Positions 10,746-19,417 of a stretch of 64,000 nucleotides of DNA are shown here, piece after piece. The position numbers and the translations under genes were made by a program. The stretch is from Candidatus Berkelbacteria bacterium RIFCSPLOWO2_01_FULL_50_28. Its GTDB lineage: Bacteria; Patescibacteriota; UBA1384; 2-12-FULL-50-11. How positions within the stretch are numbered: the stretch's first letter is position 1; every line of letters starts with the position of its first letter. The notes under the pieces are model-generated. The model saw nothing but the letters and a program-made list of their open reading frames with translations. It did no database searches and was not told the origin of the DNA. The stretch is from contig MEZX01000002.1 in NCBI GenBank assembly GCA_001774395.1, positions 160,753 to 224,752 of the forward strand. Direction: 5' to 3'.

Positions 10746-11687
10746 ATGTCCAGATTTTTGCCGTATGAGCTCATTGAGCGGCGTTTCCGGACATCACCGG
10801 AAATGCTGCAAGAATTAGCTGACCGGGTCATGACCCACCCACCGTTCCGAGATGGAACCGCTGTAGTCTTCGGTTCTGTTGCTTGGGGAACACAAACCTG
10901 GCGTAGCGATCTAGATATTGCCATCAACAGCCCGGAGGACGGCCGTGGTTCATTAAGGTATCACTACCCGTATGACTACCACGATGCTTCGGAAGCAGTG
11001 AGAGTGGAAGTCGAAAACGTTTTTAGCCAGAGTCGTGGAAACGTTATCCAGTTCCTCCTTGTTGAAGTGCTTGGGAGCCAAATGGGAGTTGGTAACTATG
11101 ACCATCCGAGAATTTCGCCGTCAACATCTGACCATTTCAAACTATTGGCGAAGGTAAAAGGTGGTCCGTGGTCGAAGTTTAACCGCCGTATCAAGCTGAT
11201 CGGGCGGCGTGATCGAAAGGACGATGTCGTTAAGTACGCTGGCACTATTGCCCGGGTTGCCACCGGCTTCTTTCAGGATGTAAAGGAGGGGCATCGGGTT
11301 AACGTCTTTGACGCTCGCTCGCTTCAGGCCCTGGAAAACTTCCCGAAACAGCTAACAAGGAAACTCCTTGGTCTGTATGAGGCATTGCCGTGCCCAGACA
11401 CGTTCGACAACATCATGCAGACTCTCTCCGAGACGAAGCAAGGTTGGGCACGTCAGCTGTTAGAGCTCTATCAACCGTTCTTTGATATCCACAACTCGTA
11501 CACGAAACTAGTTGATGACATCTTCGACGGCTCAGTAGTGCTCGATGAAGCTGAGTACAACCGGCGATTGGTAAACTACCTCCGACCTATGCCCTTCGCG
11601 CAAGTGGGAGTAACCCTAGGAGAGCTATTCCCTGACTGTTCGTACTGGAAACGAGGCGTCGACCAGCTTCGGTACACCAGGACTTGA
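10746..11687 (+). CDS. Pol-beta-superfamily nucleotidyltransferase-domain protein (313 aa) with an uncharacterised C-terminal helical region
   Basis: VVFGSVAWGTQTWRSDLDIAI matches the hG[GS]x9-13[DE]h[DE]h NTase signature. The ATG at 10746 lies 5 nt after AGGAGA. The track start is a GTG at 10728. Confidence 0.65.
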   Translation: MSRFLPYELIERRFRTSPEMLQELADRVMTHPPFRDGTAVVFGSVAWGTQTWRSDLDIAINSPEDGRGSLRYHYPYDYHDASEAVRVEVENVFSQSRGNVIQFLLVEVLGSQMGVGNYDHPRISPSTSDHFKLLAKVKGGPWSKFNRRIKLIGRRDRKDDVVKYAGTIARVATGFFQDVKEGHRVNVFDARSLQALENFPKQLTRKLLGLYEALPCPDTFDNIMQTLSETKQGWARQLLELYQPFFDIHNSYTKLVDDIFDGSVVLDEAEYNRRLVNYLRPMPFAQVGVTLGELFPDCSYWKRGVDQLRYTRT

Positions 11688-11701
11688 TACGAACGACTAT
11701 G

Positions 11702-11728
11702 GCCTGTCTGAGAATGACAGGCTCTTTT
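11702..11728 (+). terminator. Intrinsic terminator (GCCTGTC-tgagaat-GACAGGC + tcTTTTT), followed by islet motif copy 5 (11738-11751)
   Basis: Stem plus T tract 15 nt after the NTase stop; then TTAACTTCCCGCCAAAAGAAAAAGAGCC. Confidence 0.65.
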
Positions 11729-11838
11729 TAACTTCCCGCCAAAAGAAAAAGAGCCTAACGGCCTTTTTCATACCCCAGACCACTTGACTCTGTCTTCTTG
11801 GTCTGGTAACATGTTGCTGATCGGTACTGGAGGACAGA

Positions 11839-11985
11839 ATGGACCGTTGCCCAAAATGTGGAAAGTTGCTTTGTGATCACACGCCGGCTGAGCGGGGGCA
11901 GACCTCCGAACAGCTCGACGCGCAGATGGAACAAAACCAGCGAGAGCTGGAAGAGCGACAAGCGCCACCCACCAAGGACGACTAG
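11839..11985 (+). CDS. Small zinc-ribbon protein, 48 aa (MDRCPKCGKLLCDHTPAERGQTSEQLDAQMEQNQRELEERQAPPTKDD)
   Basis: Not in the track because it is under 60 aa. AGGAGG lies 5 nt upstream and TTGACT-17-TAACAT further upstream. It is antisense to two overlapping minus-strand track ORFs that are probably spurious. Confidence 0.4.
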   Translation: MDRCPKCGKLLCDHTPAERGQTSEQLDAQMEQNQRELEERQAPPTKDD

Positions 11986-12046
11986 TCCTGGACAACAGGC
12001 GGCCGAGCGATCGGCCGCCTGTAACTTATATTAGTTATGCACTAAC

Positions 12047-13111
12047 ATGGGAGGGCAAATGGAAGAAACGCCAGACCCAATTACCCACGGTACAACAACA
12101 GCCGAAACCCAAGTTCCCGAGTATTTTCGGGCTCCGCTCAAAAATTCTAGTCCGCCCAAAATAGATGTGCCCCCCGTCGTTGATACTGTCGATGTTGTTG
12201 ACATCAATGAAGTGAGCCCTGCGGAACGACTCAAGTATTTTCAGCCTTTGATTGAAGCCGCACTAACTAAGTGCGAACAGGTAGTACAAGAGATGAAAGA
12301 AGCTCATGAGCGAGGTGAAACCTTCGACGGAGGGAAGATATTTGACGCTCGTTCAGAACTGTACGAACTGGCGATGAAAATGTGTGGCTATGAAGCCAGG
12401 AAATCTGACTTGCTGGCAATGCACGATCTGATCCGTCCTCAACGCGGTGAGGTTTCTGTTGACCTGTCCGCCGGCACGGGGTTTCTTACACAGGCCGTAG
12501 AATATTGGACGGGAGCGCGGACTTACGCTGTCGATCCAAGTGAAATTCAACTCCAACACCTAGTTCAGAACTGTGGAGACCAGGTAACGGCGGTCCATGC
12601 TGCTCCGAACGAAACGGACAAGATATTTGCCGACGGAAATATTCCTCATGAAGGAGTAGATGTTGTCACCAGTTTTGGTGGGTGGCATCACGTGGATAAA
12701 GAAAAATTGCCAGAGGCGATGCAAAACGTTGCCGATATGTTGAAGCCAAAAGGACGATTTGTGGTCGGTGATGTGGGGGCAGAAACACCTCTACAGCGAC
12801 ATTTTGATGAAATCGTAACTGACAAATGCTTGACGGGACACGAAATGGGTCAGTTCATGAGCCCGGAGAAGTTGAAAGAACTTGCGGAAAGCGCGGGCCT
12901 GGAATTGGTCAGTGCCGAGATGAAGCCACTGACTTGGGATTTTAATTCAGAAGAAGAAATGGCCTGGTTTTTCAAGGGTCTGCACGCCTATCCCCAGCCG
13001 GTGGAAGAGATTATTCAGGATTTACGCGACACGCTTGGAGTTAAAGAAGAAGACGGCAAATTCAAACTCAACTGGCCAATGCTCTTCTGGGAAATTCGCA
13101 AACCAGAATAA
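12047..13111 (+). CDS. Class I SAM-dependent methyltransferase-like protein (354 aa)
   Basis: Motif I VDLSAGTGFLTQAV. The alternative ATG at 12059 follows GGGAGGG. Confidence 0.65.
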   Translation: MGGQMEETPDPITHGTTTAETQVPEYFRAPLKNSSPPKIDVPPVVDTVDVVDINEVSPAERLKYFQPLIEAALTKCEQVVQEMKEAHERGETFDGGKIFDARSELYELAMKMCGYEARKSDLLAMHDLIRPQRGEVSVDLSAGTGFLTQAVEYWTGARTYAVDPSEIQLQHLVQNCGDQVTAVHAAPNETDKIFADGNIPHEGVDVVTSFGGWHHVDKEKLPEAMQNVADMLKPKGRFVVGDVGAETPLQRHFDEIVTDKCLTGHEMGQFMSPEKLKELAESAGLELVSAEMKPLTWDFNSEEEMAWFFKGLHAYPQPVEEIIQDLRDTLGVKEEDGKFKLNWPMLFWEIRKPE

Positions 13112-13117
13112 CTTCCT

Positions 13118-13131
13118 GCCAGAAGAAAACA
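13118..13131 (+). promoter_or_regulatory. Islet motif copy 6 (variant: aacttcctGCCAGAAGAAAACAgc), in the 23-nt gap between convergent genes
   Basis: Sequence as shown. Confidence 0.45.
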
Positions 13132-13134
13132 GCT

Positions 13135-13899
13135 TTACTTCGTTGTGAGCGTATTCCAGACACCTTTGCAGAATTCGCGTAAGTTATGAGCCATCAACGG
13201 GTCGTGAATTTCAATCAGGTAGTGCGGCGAGCGATTGGTAACGACCATAATAACGTAGTCGCCAACAATCCAAGTGGTAGCGGTGAATTGTTTTACTGAA
13301 GCCCATGGGCGAATCTCTCGTTGTGGGTGCTGGGTAACTACCTTCTCAATGTCGGCTTCATTCGAAAGAAGTTTTGCATATACTTCCTTTGCTGAGGGCT
13401 GTTTCCAAAATACCTCGATCCAATCGAGATAGTTTTCTACAAAAGTAGGGTCCTGGTAGCCCCACCATGTACTATCGACAGTCTTAGCGCTTTCGTTCCA
13501 CGTTGGCGTTTGTTGGAAGAAGAAGCGCGAGATGTCTTCTTGGGTGATGAACTGAATTTTGGGGACTGGGTATTGGGTGGAGCCGGCTTCTTTATTCAGG
13601 GCCTCAATCAGTGGCTGGAGAAGCTTCTTTCTTTCCTCGACTTGGCGAAGTTGGTTGTCGAGGATGGTCGTGAGATTCTTTGGTGCAATTGCAGTTAAGC
13701 GAGCAACCTTTTGGCTTAAATCCTCGGCAATGAGGCCGCGTGTAACTAGTTCCTTGGCAGCGGAGTAGACAGTAGTCCGTTTTATGCCGGATAGATTAGC
13801 TACTTCGGTGTGGGAGACGATCCCTGCTTTCAACACCGTCAAGTAAACTTCGGCCTCAGTGTCGTTGATGCCGAGTATCTTGAGCTGTTCGTTGTTCAT
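13135..13899 (-). CDS. TrmB-family transcriptional regulator (254 aa)
   Basis: N-terminal wHTH: LGINDTEAEVYLTVLKAG..SHTEVANLSGIKRTTVYSAAKELVTRGLI. The promoter TTGACT-17-TAAACT ends 6 nt before the ATG, so the mRNA is near-leaderless. Confidence 0.8.
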   Translation of the reverse strand: MNNEQLKILGINDTEAEVYLTVLKAGIVSHTEVANLSGIKRTTVYSAAKELVTRGLIAEDLSQKVARLTAIAPKNLTTILDNQLRQVEERKKLLQPLIEALNKEAGSTQYPVPKIQFITQEDISRFFFQQTPTWNESAKTVDSTWWGYQDPTFVENYLDWIEVFWKQPSAKEVYAKLLSNEADIEKVVTQHPQREIRPWASVKQFTATTWIVGDYVIMVVTNRSPHYLIEIHDPLMAHNLREFCKGVWNTLTTK

Positions 13900-14013
13900 G
13901 GTCTCAGTTTAACTATTTGTCGAAAGATAGTCAACAAAAGTATCAGTCCAGAAAGAAAAACCGTTGATAAAGTGTTGACATATACTACGCCTCCTGTTAT
14001 AGTGCCGGTTAGT

Positions 14014-14424
14014 ATGTTCATTTATAAAACATCGCTTAAACCCAGCCCCATCCACGGGTTGGGGGTGTTCGCTTGGAAGGGGATCAGAAAAGGGAGTGTT
14101 GTCTATCAACATCGACCCGAACTGGACCAAATCTTCAGCGCCAACGAGTTTGCCAACCTAGATCGGCGCGACCAAGCACTGATTCTCCATTACGGCGGAT
14201 TAGATAAGCGGCTAAACCGCTATCGCTTGCCGTACGACAACCTGCGATTCTTGAACCATTCGGATACGCCGAACCTGGTTTATGTAGTCGCTACCGACCA
14301 GATCGTTGCCCTCCGGGCGATCGCTGCCGGCGAGGAACTTACCCAGAATTATCGCGATTTCGAAGATGGTGTCGAATTTCGAATCGCCAAGTCAGTCAAG
14401 AATCCAAATGAGGAGAAGCAATGA
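14014..14424 (+). CDS. SET-domain protein (putative protein-lysine methyltransferase), about 136 aa
   Basis: GLGVFAWKGIRKGSVV, RFLNHSDTPN (NHSCxPN-like) and EELTQNY (ELxFDY-like) motifs. The internal ATG at 14014 follows TTGACA-17-TATAGT. The track ORF starts upstream at 13810, but that part has no protein-like sequence. Confidence 0.7.
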   Translation: MFIYKTSLKPSPIHGLGVFAWKGIRKGSVVYQHRPELDQIFSANEFANLDRRDQALILHYGGLDKRLNRYRLPYDNLRFLNHSDTPNLVYVVATDQIVALRAIAAGEELTQNYRDFEDGVEFRIAKSVKNPNEEKQ

Positions 14425-15134
14425 AGAATACAACAATATCACTTTTGGTAGCCGTCGTTACGGCGCAGTCGTGGGCTCAGGACAGCCTTCAGGTTTCCTA
14501 CAAATCGGTTCTGAAATCGAGCTACGTCGGTGGTCAGACTGGAATGCGTCTTCACGACGGCCCGGTCACCCAGAATTCGGCCACATTCGCTCGCAAGGGA
14601 ATGTACGCCTACATATGGGTCTGTTCGCCGCTAGACACGCGGTGGAACTCTGACTACGGTAGCGAGATTGACCTCGGCTTCGGTCATGATTTCGCTCTGA
14701 AGAACGGTTGGCGCGTTGATGTGGGTTATGCCTACTACAACGTGATTCCCCTCGAGAACATGCGAGGGGACCTCCACGCGATTAGTGCGCATGTCTACCA
14801 GACTCGGGGTGTAATCAGGTCGTTTGCCAGGCTTGAGCAGGATGTCGCCCAGAATCCTTCGATTCTGCCGGGCGGCTTCACCTACAAGCTAGGTGTGAAT
14901 TGGTCTGCCTCTCCCGAGCTCCGCGCAGAGCTGGCCCTACTTGGTCACGGCCGAGTTTACGGGATTTCGGCGGAGACAGTTAGTGCCGGCACGTGCAGTC
15001 TTACGCTCAACCGAAAACTGAATGGTCTGTCTGTACAGGCTGGGATAACCTTCCAGCGGGCACTGGGCCGTAGCGTCGCTAACGGCGGTGCCGCCCATAA
15101 CGAAACGGTGCTCTGGATCGGTTTCTCTTTCTGA
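14421..15134 (+). CDS. Secreted beta-strand-rich protein (237 aa) with a signal peptide and C-terminal ...WIGFSF (OMP-barrel-like)
   Basis: MKNTTISLLVAVVTAQSWAQD signal peptide; alternating aromatic/hydrophilic pattern; terminal Phe. Confidence 0.6.
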   Translation: MKNTTISLLVAVVTAQSWAQDSLQVSYKSVLKSSYVGGQTGMRLHDGPVTQNSATFARKGMYAYIWVCSPLDTRWNSDYGSEIDLGFGHDFALKNGWRVDVGYAYYNVIPLENMRGDLHAISAHVYQTRGVIRSFARLEQDVAQNPSILPGGFTYKLGVNWSASPELRAELALLGHGRVYGISAETVSAGTCSLTLNRKLNGLSVQAGITFQRALGRSVANGGAAHNETVLWIGFSF

Positions 15135-15154
15135 ATCGCCGAAGTCAATGCAAT

Positions 15155-15182
15155 TGCCCGCCTGAAATACGGCGGGCTCTTT
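15155..15182 (+). terminator. Intrinsic terminator (GCCCGCC-tgaaatac-GGCGGGC + tcTTTTT); islet motif copy 7 follows at 15236-15249
   Basis: Stem plus T tract 20 nt after the stop; then tatttcccACCAAAAGAAAACGGtttta. Confidence 0.65.
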
Positions 15183-15358
15183 TTAATTGCGACGAAAGGT
15201 GATGAAGGAGCAATACGAGCTTGCGACTATTTCCCACCAAAAGAAAACGGTTTTACCTCGCCGTAGCTTGGCGAAGGCGGGCCCCACCAGATTGAATCCC
15301 TATCGGCTTGGGTGTAGAATCTACCCATACTGCGATTACTTCGCAGAGGAGACAGCGA

Positions 15359-16006
15359 TTGAGAAACTTCATCCTCGCACTTTTCGTCATTGTATTGGCT
15401 GGTTGCAGTAACGCTCCCGCGCCAAAAACGACCACAACCAAGACGGGCGACCCGGTTTTCGACAAACACATCACCGAACTCGACAAGGATGTCGTGGAAA
15501 TGGGCGAGGCGGCCGAGGAGCTTACCTGGCTCGACCACCACGTTCAGCCGTTGGTCGATCGTCTGATTGAGACTGGCGATCGAATCGAAAACACGAGCGA
15601 CCAAGCTGAGAAGGCCCGGTTGCGCCTCGAATTCGAACAGATCACCGCTGAGCTCGAGGTCAAGGAAAAAGAACGTGCTCAGCTATTTGGCAAGGAAAAG
15701 CCGAAGGCCGGTGCGTTTCGGTTCGACCTGAAGCCTAAGAGCCACTACGGCCACGTGGCTGGAGTTGGCGACGTGAGTGTCACCGAGGAATCGCGGGTCG
15801 ATCACAAGATCGGGGCGTTCCCAAGGTCAAGTTTCGGCTACATTAGCACCGAGTGGCACTTGACCTCAAGGATCATTAACCTCGACAGGACGTGCTCGAC
15901 AACCATGACACCCAAAGGAGTCGTTCATGTGCGGCGAGCTCTAGGCTGCAATCGGGTGATGTCTAAGGCCGACAAGCTACCAAAGCAAAGTCGGTCGAGG
16001 GGCTGA
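15359..16006 (+). CDS. Lipoprotein (about 215 aa) of unknown function
   Basis: A TTG start 7 nt after GAGGAG gives MRNFILALFVIVLAGCSNAP (lipobox LAGC). The upstream part of track ORF 15308 lacks an SD. Confidence 0.55.
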   Translation: MRNFILALFVIVLAGCSNAPAPKTTTTKTGDPVFDKHITELDKDVVEMGEAAEELTWLDHHVQPLVDRLIETGDRIENTSDQAEKARLRLEFEQITAELEVKEKERAQLFGKEKPKAGAFRFDLKPKSHYGHVAGVGDVSVTEESRVDHKIGAFPRSSFGYISTEWHLTSRIINLDRTCSTTMTPKGVVHVRRALGCNRVMSKADKLPKQSRSRG

Positions 16007-16007
16007 G

Positions 16008-16214
16008 GTGGACACGATCTACACCCTTGTTTGGGCCTTGATACTGCTGGGAGCGTACGCCCAAGCGAGAAACGAGCGGGCCAAACGCGCCGAGGAGGAG
16101 CTTGAGAAATCCGAGGGACTATTCTCGGAATTCAATATCGTTCGGGATCCGGATGCTCCCGAGTACAACCTGGCGGAACTACGAGAATTCCACGACCAAA
16201 ATCGCCCGAGCTAG
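16008..16214 (+). CDS. Small membrane-anchored protein (68 aa), GTG start, abutting the upstream gene
   Basis: N-terminal TM segment then a charged tail; GAGGTG overlaps the upstream stop. Confidence 0.3.
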   Translation: MDTIYTLVWALILLGAYAQARNERAKRAEEELEKSEGLFSEFNIVRDPDAPEYNLAELREFHDQNRPS

Positions 16215-16292
16215 TCTCGGGCAATAATTTATTGTAAAAAATGTGGCTCCGCCGTCTGCCAGTGATGACAGAGAGCGAAGCCGTTGGGAGAG

Positions 16293-17087
16293 CTACCGGA
16301 ACGTAACGTAAAGCGCGTCTTCCGGTATGGTGCCAAGCCCGAGTTCGGGTCGGGGCTTGATGTAGCATCGAGTTTTGCCGATCATAAACGTGCTGATGAA
16401 GTACAGGTTGCCGTGGCCGGCAAACTCCGTGACGTCAACGTACACATCGATCGTCGTTCCCGGGGTAATCGGCGATATGCGGACTGGCTTAGGCAGCACG
16501 AGGTCCTTGGACGTCGGAACGGCCATCAGCGGTTCGATCTCAAGAGTCTCGGGCCAAACGACGCTGCCGTCGTTACCTAACCGCCAGCCTTCATAGGTCC
16601 GGCCATCCTGCTTCTTCGTCGGTAGATCCTTGACCCACGTCATTGAGAAGCCTTCGATTCGGGGCGTGCGCCAGAACTTGTAGAGCGCGAAAAGCCGTTT
16701 GTCTTCCTCACCCGAGGACTGCGCCCAGGTTTGGTACAAGGCCTCCAGACGACCGACGCTTGGCCAGCCGTTTTGGCGATAGCCATCGATCTTGTACAGA
16801 GCCTGGAGGAACTGCGCTCCGCGACTCCCGACCAGCTTGGTCAAGCCGTCGGTCTTGCCGGCGGCAAGCCCTTGAAAGAGCGCTAGCCTCTGGGCGGGTG
16901 TGAGCAATTGGATCTGACCCAAATAGCTCGGAGCTTCAGCCAAAAAGTCGAACGGTTTCTCGCTCTGAGCTTTCGGCTGCCCTTGCGATGAACCAGTCGC
17001 TTGGCTAGATGTGTTGGGAGTTTGGCAGCTGATAACCACCGCCAGCGCTACCAGAAATGTGGCAGTAAGCATTTTGGAAATGAACAT
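16293..17087 (-). CDS. Lipoprotein (about 264 aa) of unknown function, in the GC-rich block
   Basis: The internal start MFISKMLTATFLVALAVVISC is preceded by GGAGGA. The upstream part of the track ORF is an Arg/Ser-rich artefact of high GC. Confidence 0.55.
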   Translation of the reverse strand: MFISKMLTATFLVALAVVISCQTPNTSSQATGSSQGQPKAQSEKPFDFLAEAPSYLGQIQLLTPAQRLALFQGLAAGKTDGLTKLVGSRGAQFLQALYKIDGYRQNGWPSVGRLEALYQTWAQSSGEEDKRLFALYKFWRTPRIEGFSMTWVKDLPTKKQDGRTYEGWRLGNDGSVVWPETLEIEPLMAVPTSKDLVLPKPVRISPITPGTTIDVYVDVTEFAGHGNLYFISTFMIGKTRCYIKPRPELGLGTIPEDALYVTFR

Positions 17088-17214
17088 GAATCCTCCGTTG
17101 CCAAGATTGGCAGAGAAATTGTACCAAGTAGTTGCCAGAAGATCAACCTGCTGGGTAACAAAAAAGCGACCCCTCCCCGTCTGGGAAGGAGCCGCGGTTA
17201 CCGCCGAAGGGCGG

Positions 17215-18669
17215 TTATGGGGCGAAGGCGATGTCCAGCCGGAGCTGGGTCTGGCCTCTGGAATGACCGGAGAGGAACTGACCGAGCCGGATCGATAAGG
17301 TCGTAGCACGACCTTTGATGTTGAGGATCGGACCGAGGAGGAACGTCGGCTTGTTGCCATCGCTGGCAAATGCCGCGCCGCCCAGCCCGTAGCTGAAGCT
17401 CTTGCCGGCACTCCAGGTCAGCCGGATGTTCGGAGCGAGGAAGCCGTTGTGCCCCTTCGCGTCCCGGGTAAAGTACACCGGGCCGGTCAAGGTTGCATTA
17501 CCAAGCTTGATCGCCGCGAATCCGCTGACACCGTAGCTGGTCAACTTGCCCGTGCCCGAGCAATCGGCGAACGGTCCGAGCGTCAGACTGCCGTTTAGCA
17601 ACTTCAGCTTGGTCACGTCCACTGCCAACTCGTAGACGGGGTGAGCTGACGAATAGCCGTAGATCGCGGCGTTTACACCTCCCTTGAACGTCAGGAACAG
17701 GTTTTCGGTGGCTGGCCCACCAACACTCAGATTCCGGCTGTAGTTGAGCTTCACGCGTTGGAGCACAAAGTTGTCGCCCGAGGCGTAAGCTTTGACCTGG
17801 CCAGCCATGACCATCAGCGTTCCGACGAGCGAAACGTAGACGGCCTGCTTGGCGTAGCCGAAGCGAACTCCGAAGCCGGCGTGACGCCAGCTCCCACCCC
17901 AGATGACCTTGAGCATTGCCCAGACCGTCTGCAGTGGTGAAACGGCGTCGAACCGACCCCGGCTGATAAGCTCCAGCACGTGTGTGCGCTTGGCTTCCCA
18001 GTCGATGCTGGTGTCTTCGTCTTCTCGGTAGCCGAGCTGGCGGATCTTGTCCATGAGCGAGCAGCTCTCGTGTGGCTTGTAGACTCCGAGGCCCACTCCC
18101 CAACACAGGCTAGCACCGACAAGCTCGAGCCATTCGGCACGAAACATAACTAGAAGCTGTCGGGGCGTGCGAGCCATCATTGCCAATCGCATCGCCAAGA
18201 TGAGAAAGGCGAGCGGGATGAACATGCACCCGATGACCAGTAAGCTGCCGATCGCTGCCCAGTCCATCCCGAGTGAGCCGTAACGTTGCTCCTGCTCTCT
18301 GGTGAGGTAGGCTGAAAGCCCGCCCATCACCGAACCGGGGATCTTGGTGATCGCGGCCAGCTGGGGTACGGAATCGTTGATGCCAACGGCGTGATCCATC
18401 CGCATTTCGATATCGCGGATGTCCAGAACGGTCTTGGCGTACTGCTCGCCGGTGAGCTCGCCCTTGGCCAGAGCGGCCGTGGCGATCTTGTTGATGCGCG
18501 CTGTGCCCTCCGGGGTGGAGAGCTGTTTCGCGACGTTGGCCGCTTCTCGCTCCTGATAATAGTTGTACCAACCCTTCAAGGGGAGGGCGGTTACGACGAA
18601 TGTGGCCACAATGAGCCACAGTAGCGCCGCGTAAACGGGGCGCTTCAACATACCTTCTGAACATTTCAT
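17215..18669 (-). CDS. Membrane protein (about 484 aa): N-terminal TM helices, beta-rich C-terminal half; GC-rich
   Basis: The start at MKCSEGMLKRPVYAALLWLIVATFVV is preceded by TAGGAGA. The C-terminus ...LRLDIAFAP. Confidence 0.55.
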   Translation of the reverse strand: MKCSEGMLKRPVYAALLWLIVATFVVTALPLKGWYNYYQEREAANVAKQLSTPEGTARINKIATAALAKGELTGEQYAKTVLDIRDIEMRMDHAVGINDSVPQLAAITKIPGSVMGGLSAYLTREQEQRYGSLGMDWAAIGSLLVIGCMFIPLAFLILAMRLAMMARTPRQLLVMFRAEWLELVGASLCWGVGLGVYKPHESCSLMDKIRQLGYREDEDTSIDWEAKRTHVLELISRGRFDAVSPLQTVWAMLKVIWGGSWRHAGFGVRFGYAKQAVYVSLVGTLMVMAGQVKAYASGDNFVLQRVKLNYSRNLSVGGPATENLFLTFKGGVNAAIYGYSSAHPVYELAVDVTKLKLLNGSLTLGPFADCSGTGKLTSYGVSGFAAIKLGNATLTGPVYFTRDAKGHNGFLAPNIRLTWSAGKSFSYGLGGAAFASDGNKPTFLLGPILNIKGRATTLSIRLGQFLSGHSRGQTQLRLDIAFAP

Positions 18670-19000
18670 GGTTTGCGTTCTCCTAAACTGAGAGGTTCGT
18701 GACTGAGCGGCAGGCCACTCAGTAGTCGGCGATAAACGCCTCCTAAAGCTTGCGACTTTGTCGCTCGCTATCGATGCGGGCATTGTAACAGTTAACGGGG
18801 GAAAGTCAAGATGTTAGGGGGTCTTTACAAATCTTGCGGTTAAAGAAGTGCGGCTTCGCCGATCTGCCACTTCTGACAGGGGGCGAGGCCGCAATGTGTG
18901 GTTTGGACGATCGGCTACCAGACTGCTGGCGGCGGCTGGTCGTCGGGTCGGTCCGATTGGGATGGTAGTTTGGACGCTGCCTCGGGGGTGTCGTCGTCGC

Positions 19001-19417
19001 CTAGGAAAAATTCGGTGATGAAAACTTGGTCCGAGCGCAAGCCGTAGACCAGGTGGCTGATGCCTTCAAGGATAACGCCGCTGATCTCGCTCCACTAGAC
19101 AGCTGGCGAGAACCCGATCCCGGGTAAGGTTCGATCCGGAGGTACTCTACGCCAGGCACGGTAGGTAACCACTTTACCAAACCCTGAGTGACGTCCATAG
19201 GACGACGACATGCATCGGGCGGATAAGCGATCCCGTCGCCTGGGCCTTCAACATCTAACGCCTGAACGTTGCTGATCATAGTGTTGACACAGCACTCGGC
19301 GTAGAACGGCACACCCGTCCGGAAGATCACTCTGATGCGTGGCGGGAGAATGACCACAGAGATTCTCAAGGTCGAACTTTCGCCCTGATCGCTGACGGAT
19401 TTGCTTCTTCGACTCAT
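19001..19417 (-). CDS. Hypothetical protein (about 138 aa); possibly a decayed gene
   Basis: Only this ORF is open in 18.8-19.5 kb; the sequence looks protein-like but there is no domain or good SD. Confidence 0.3.
   Translation of the reverse strand: MSRRSKSVSDQGESSTLRISVVILPPRIRVIFRTGVPFYAECCVNTMISNVQALDVEGPGDGIAYPPDACRRPMDVTQGLVKWLPTVPGVEYLRIEPYPGSGSRQLSSGARSAALSLKASATWSTACARTKFSSPNFS

Noticed and set aside
15187-15411. Track ORFs 15187..15411 (+) and 15227..15604 (-)
   Set aside because: 15187 spans the terminator-proximal motif copy and has no SD. The lipoprotein gene with SD plus lipobox starts at 15359. The minus ORF is antisense to it
9000-16214. The motif-flanked islet as an integron cassette array, or the NTase as CBASS
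   Set aside because: There is no IntI integrase, attI or 59-be-like extended inverted repeats, and the motif is short and non-palindromic. No CBASS effector or Cap genes are next to the NTase. I kept these only as unassigned observations
17498-18664. Arg/Pro-rich ORFs 17498..18106 (-), 17814..18140 (-), 18110..18664 (-)
   Set aside because: These are alternative frames of the GC-rich membrane-protein gene 17215..18669. Arg-rich translation is a high-GC artefact
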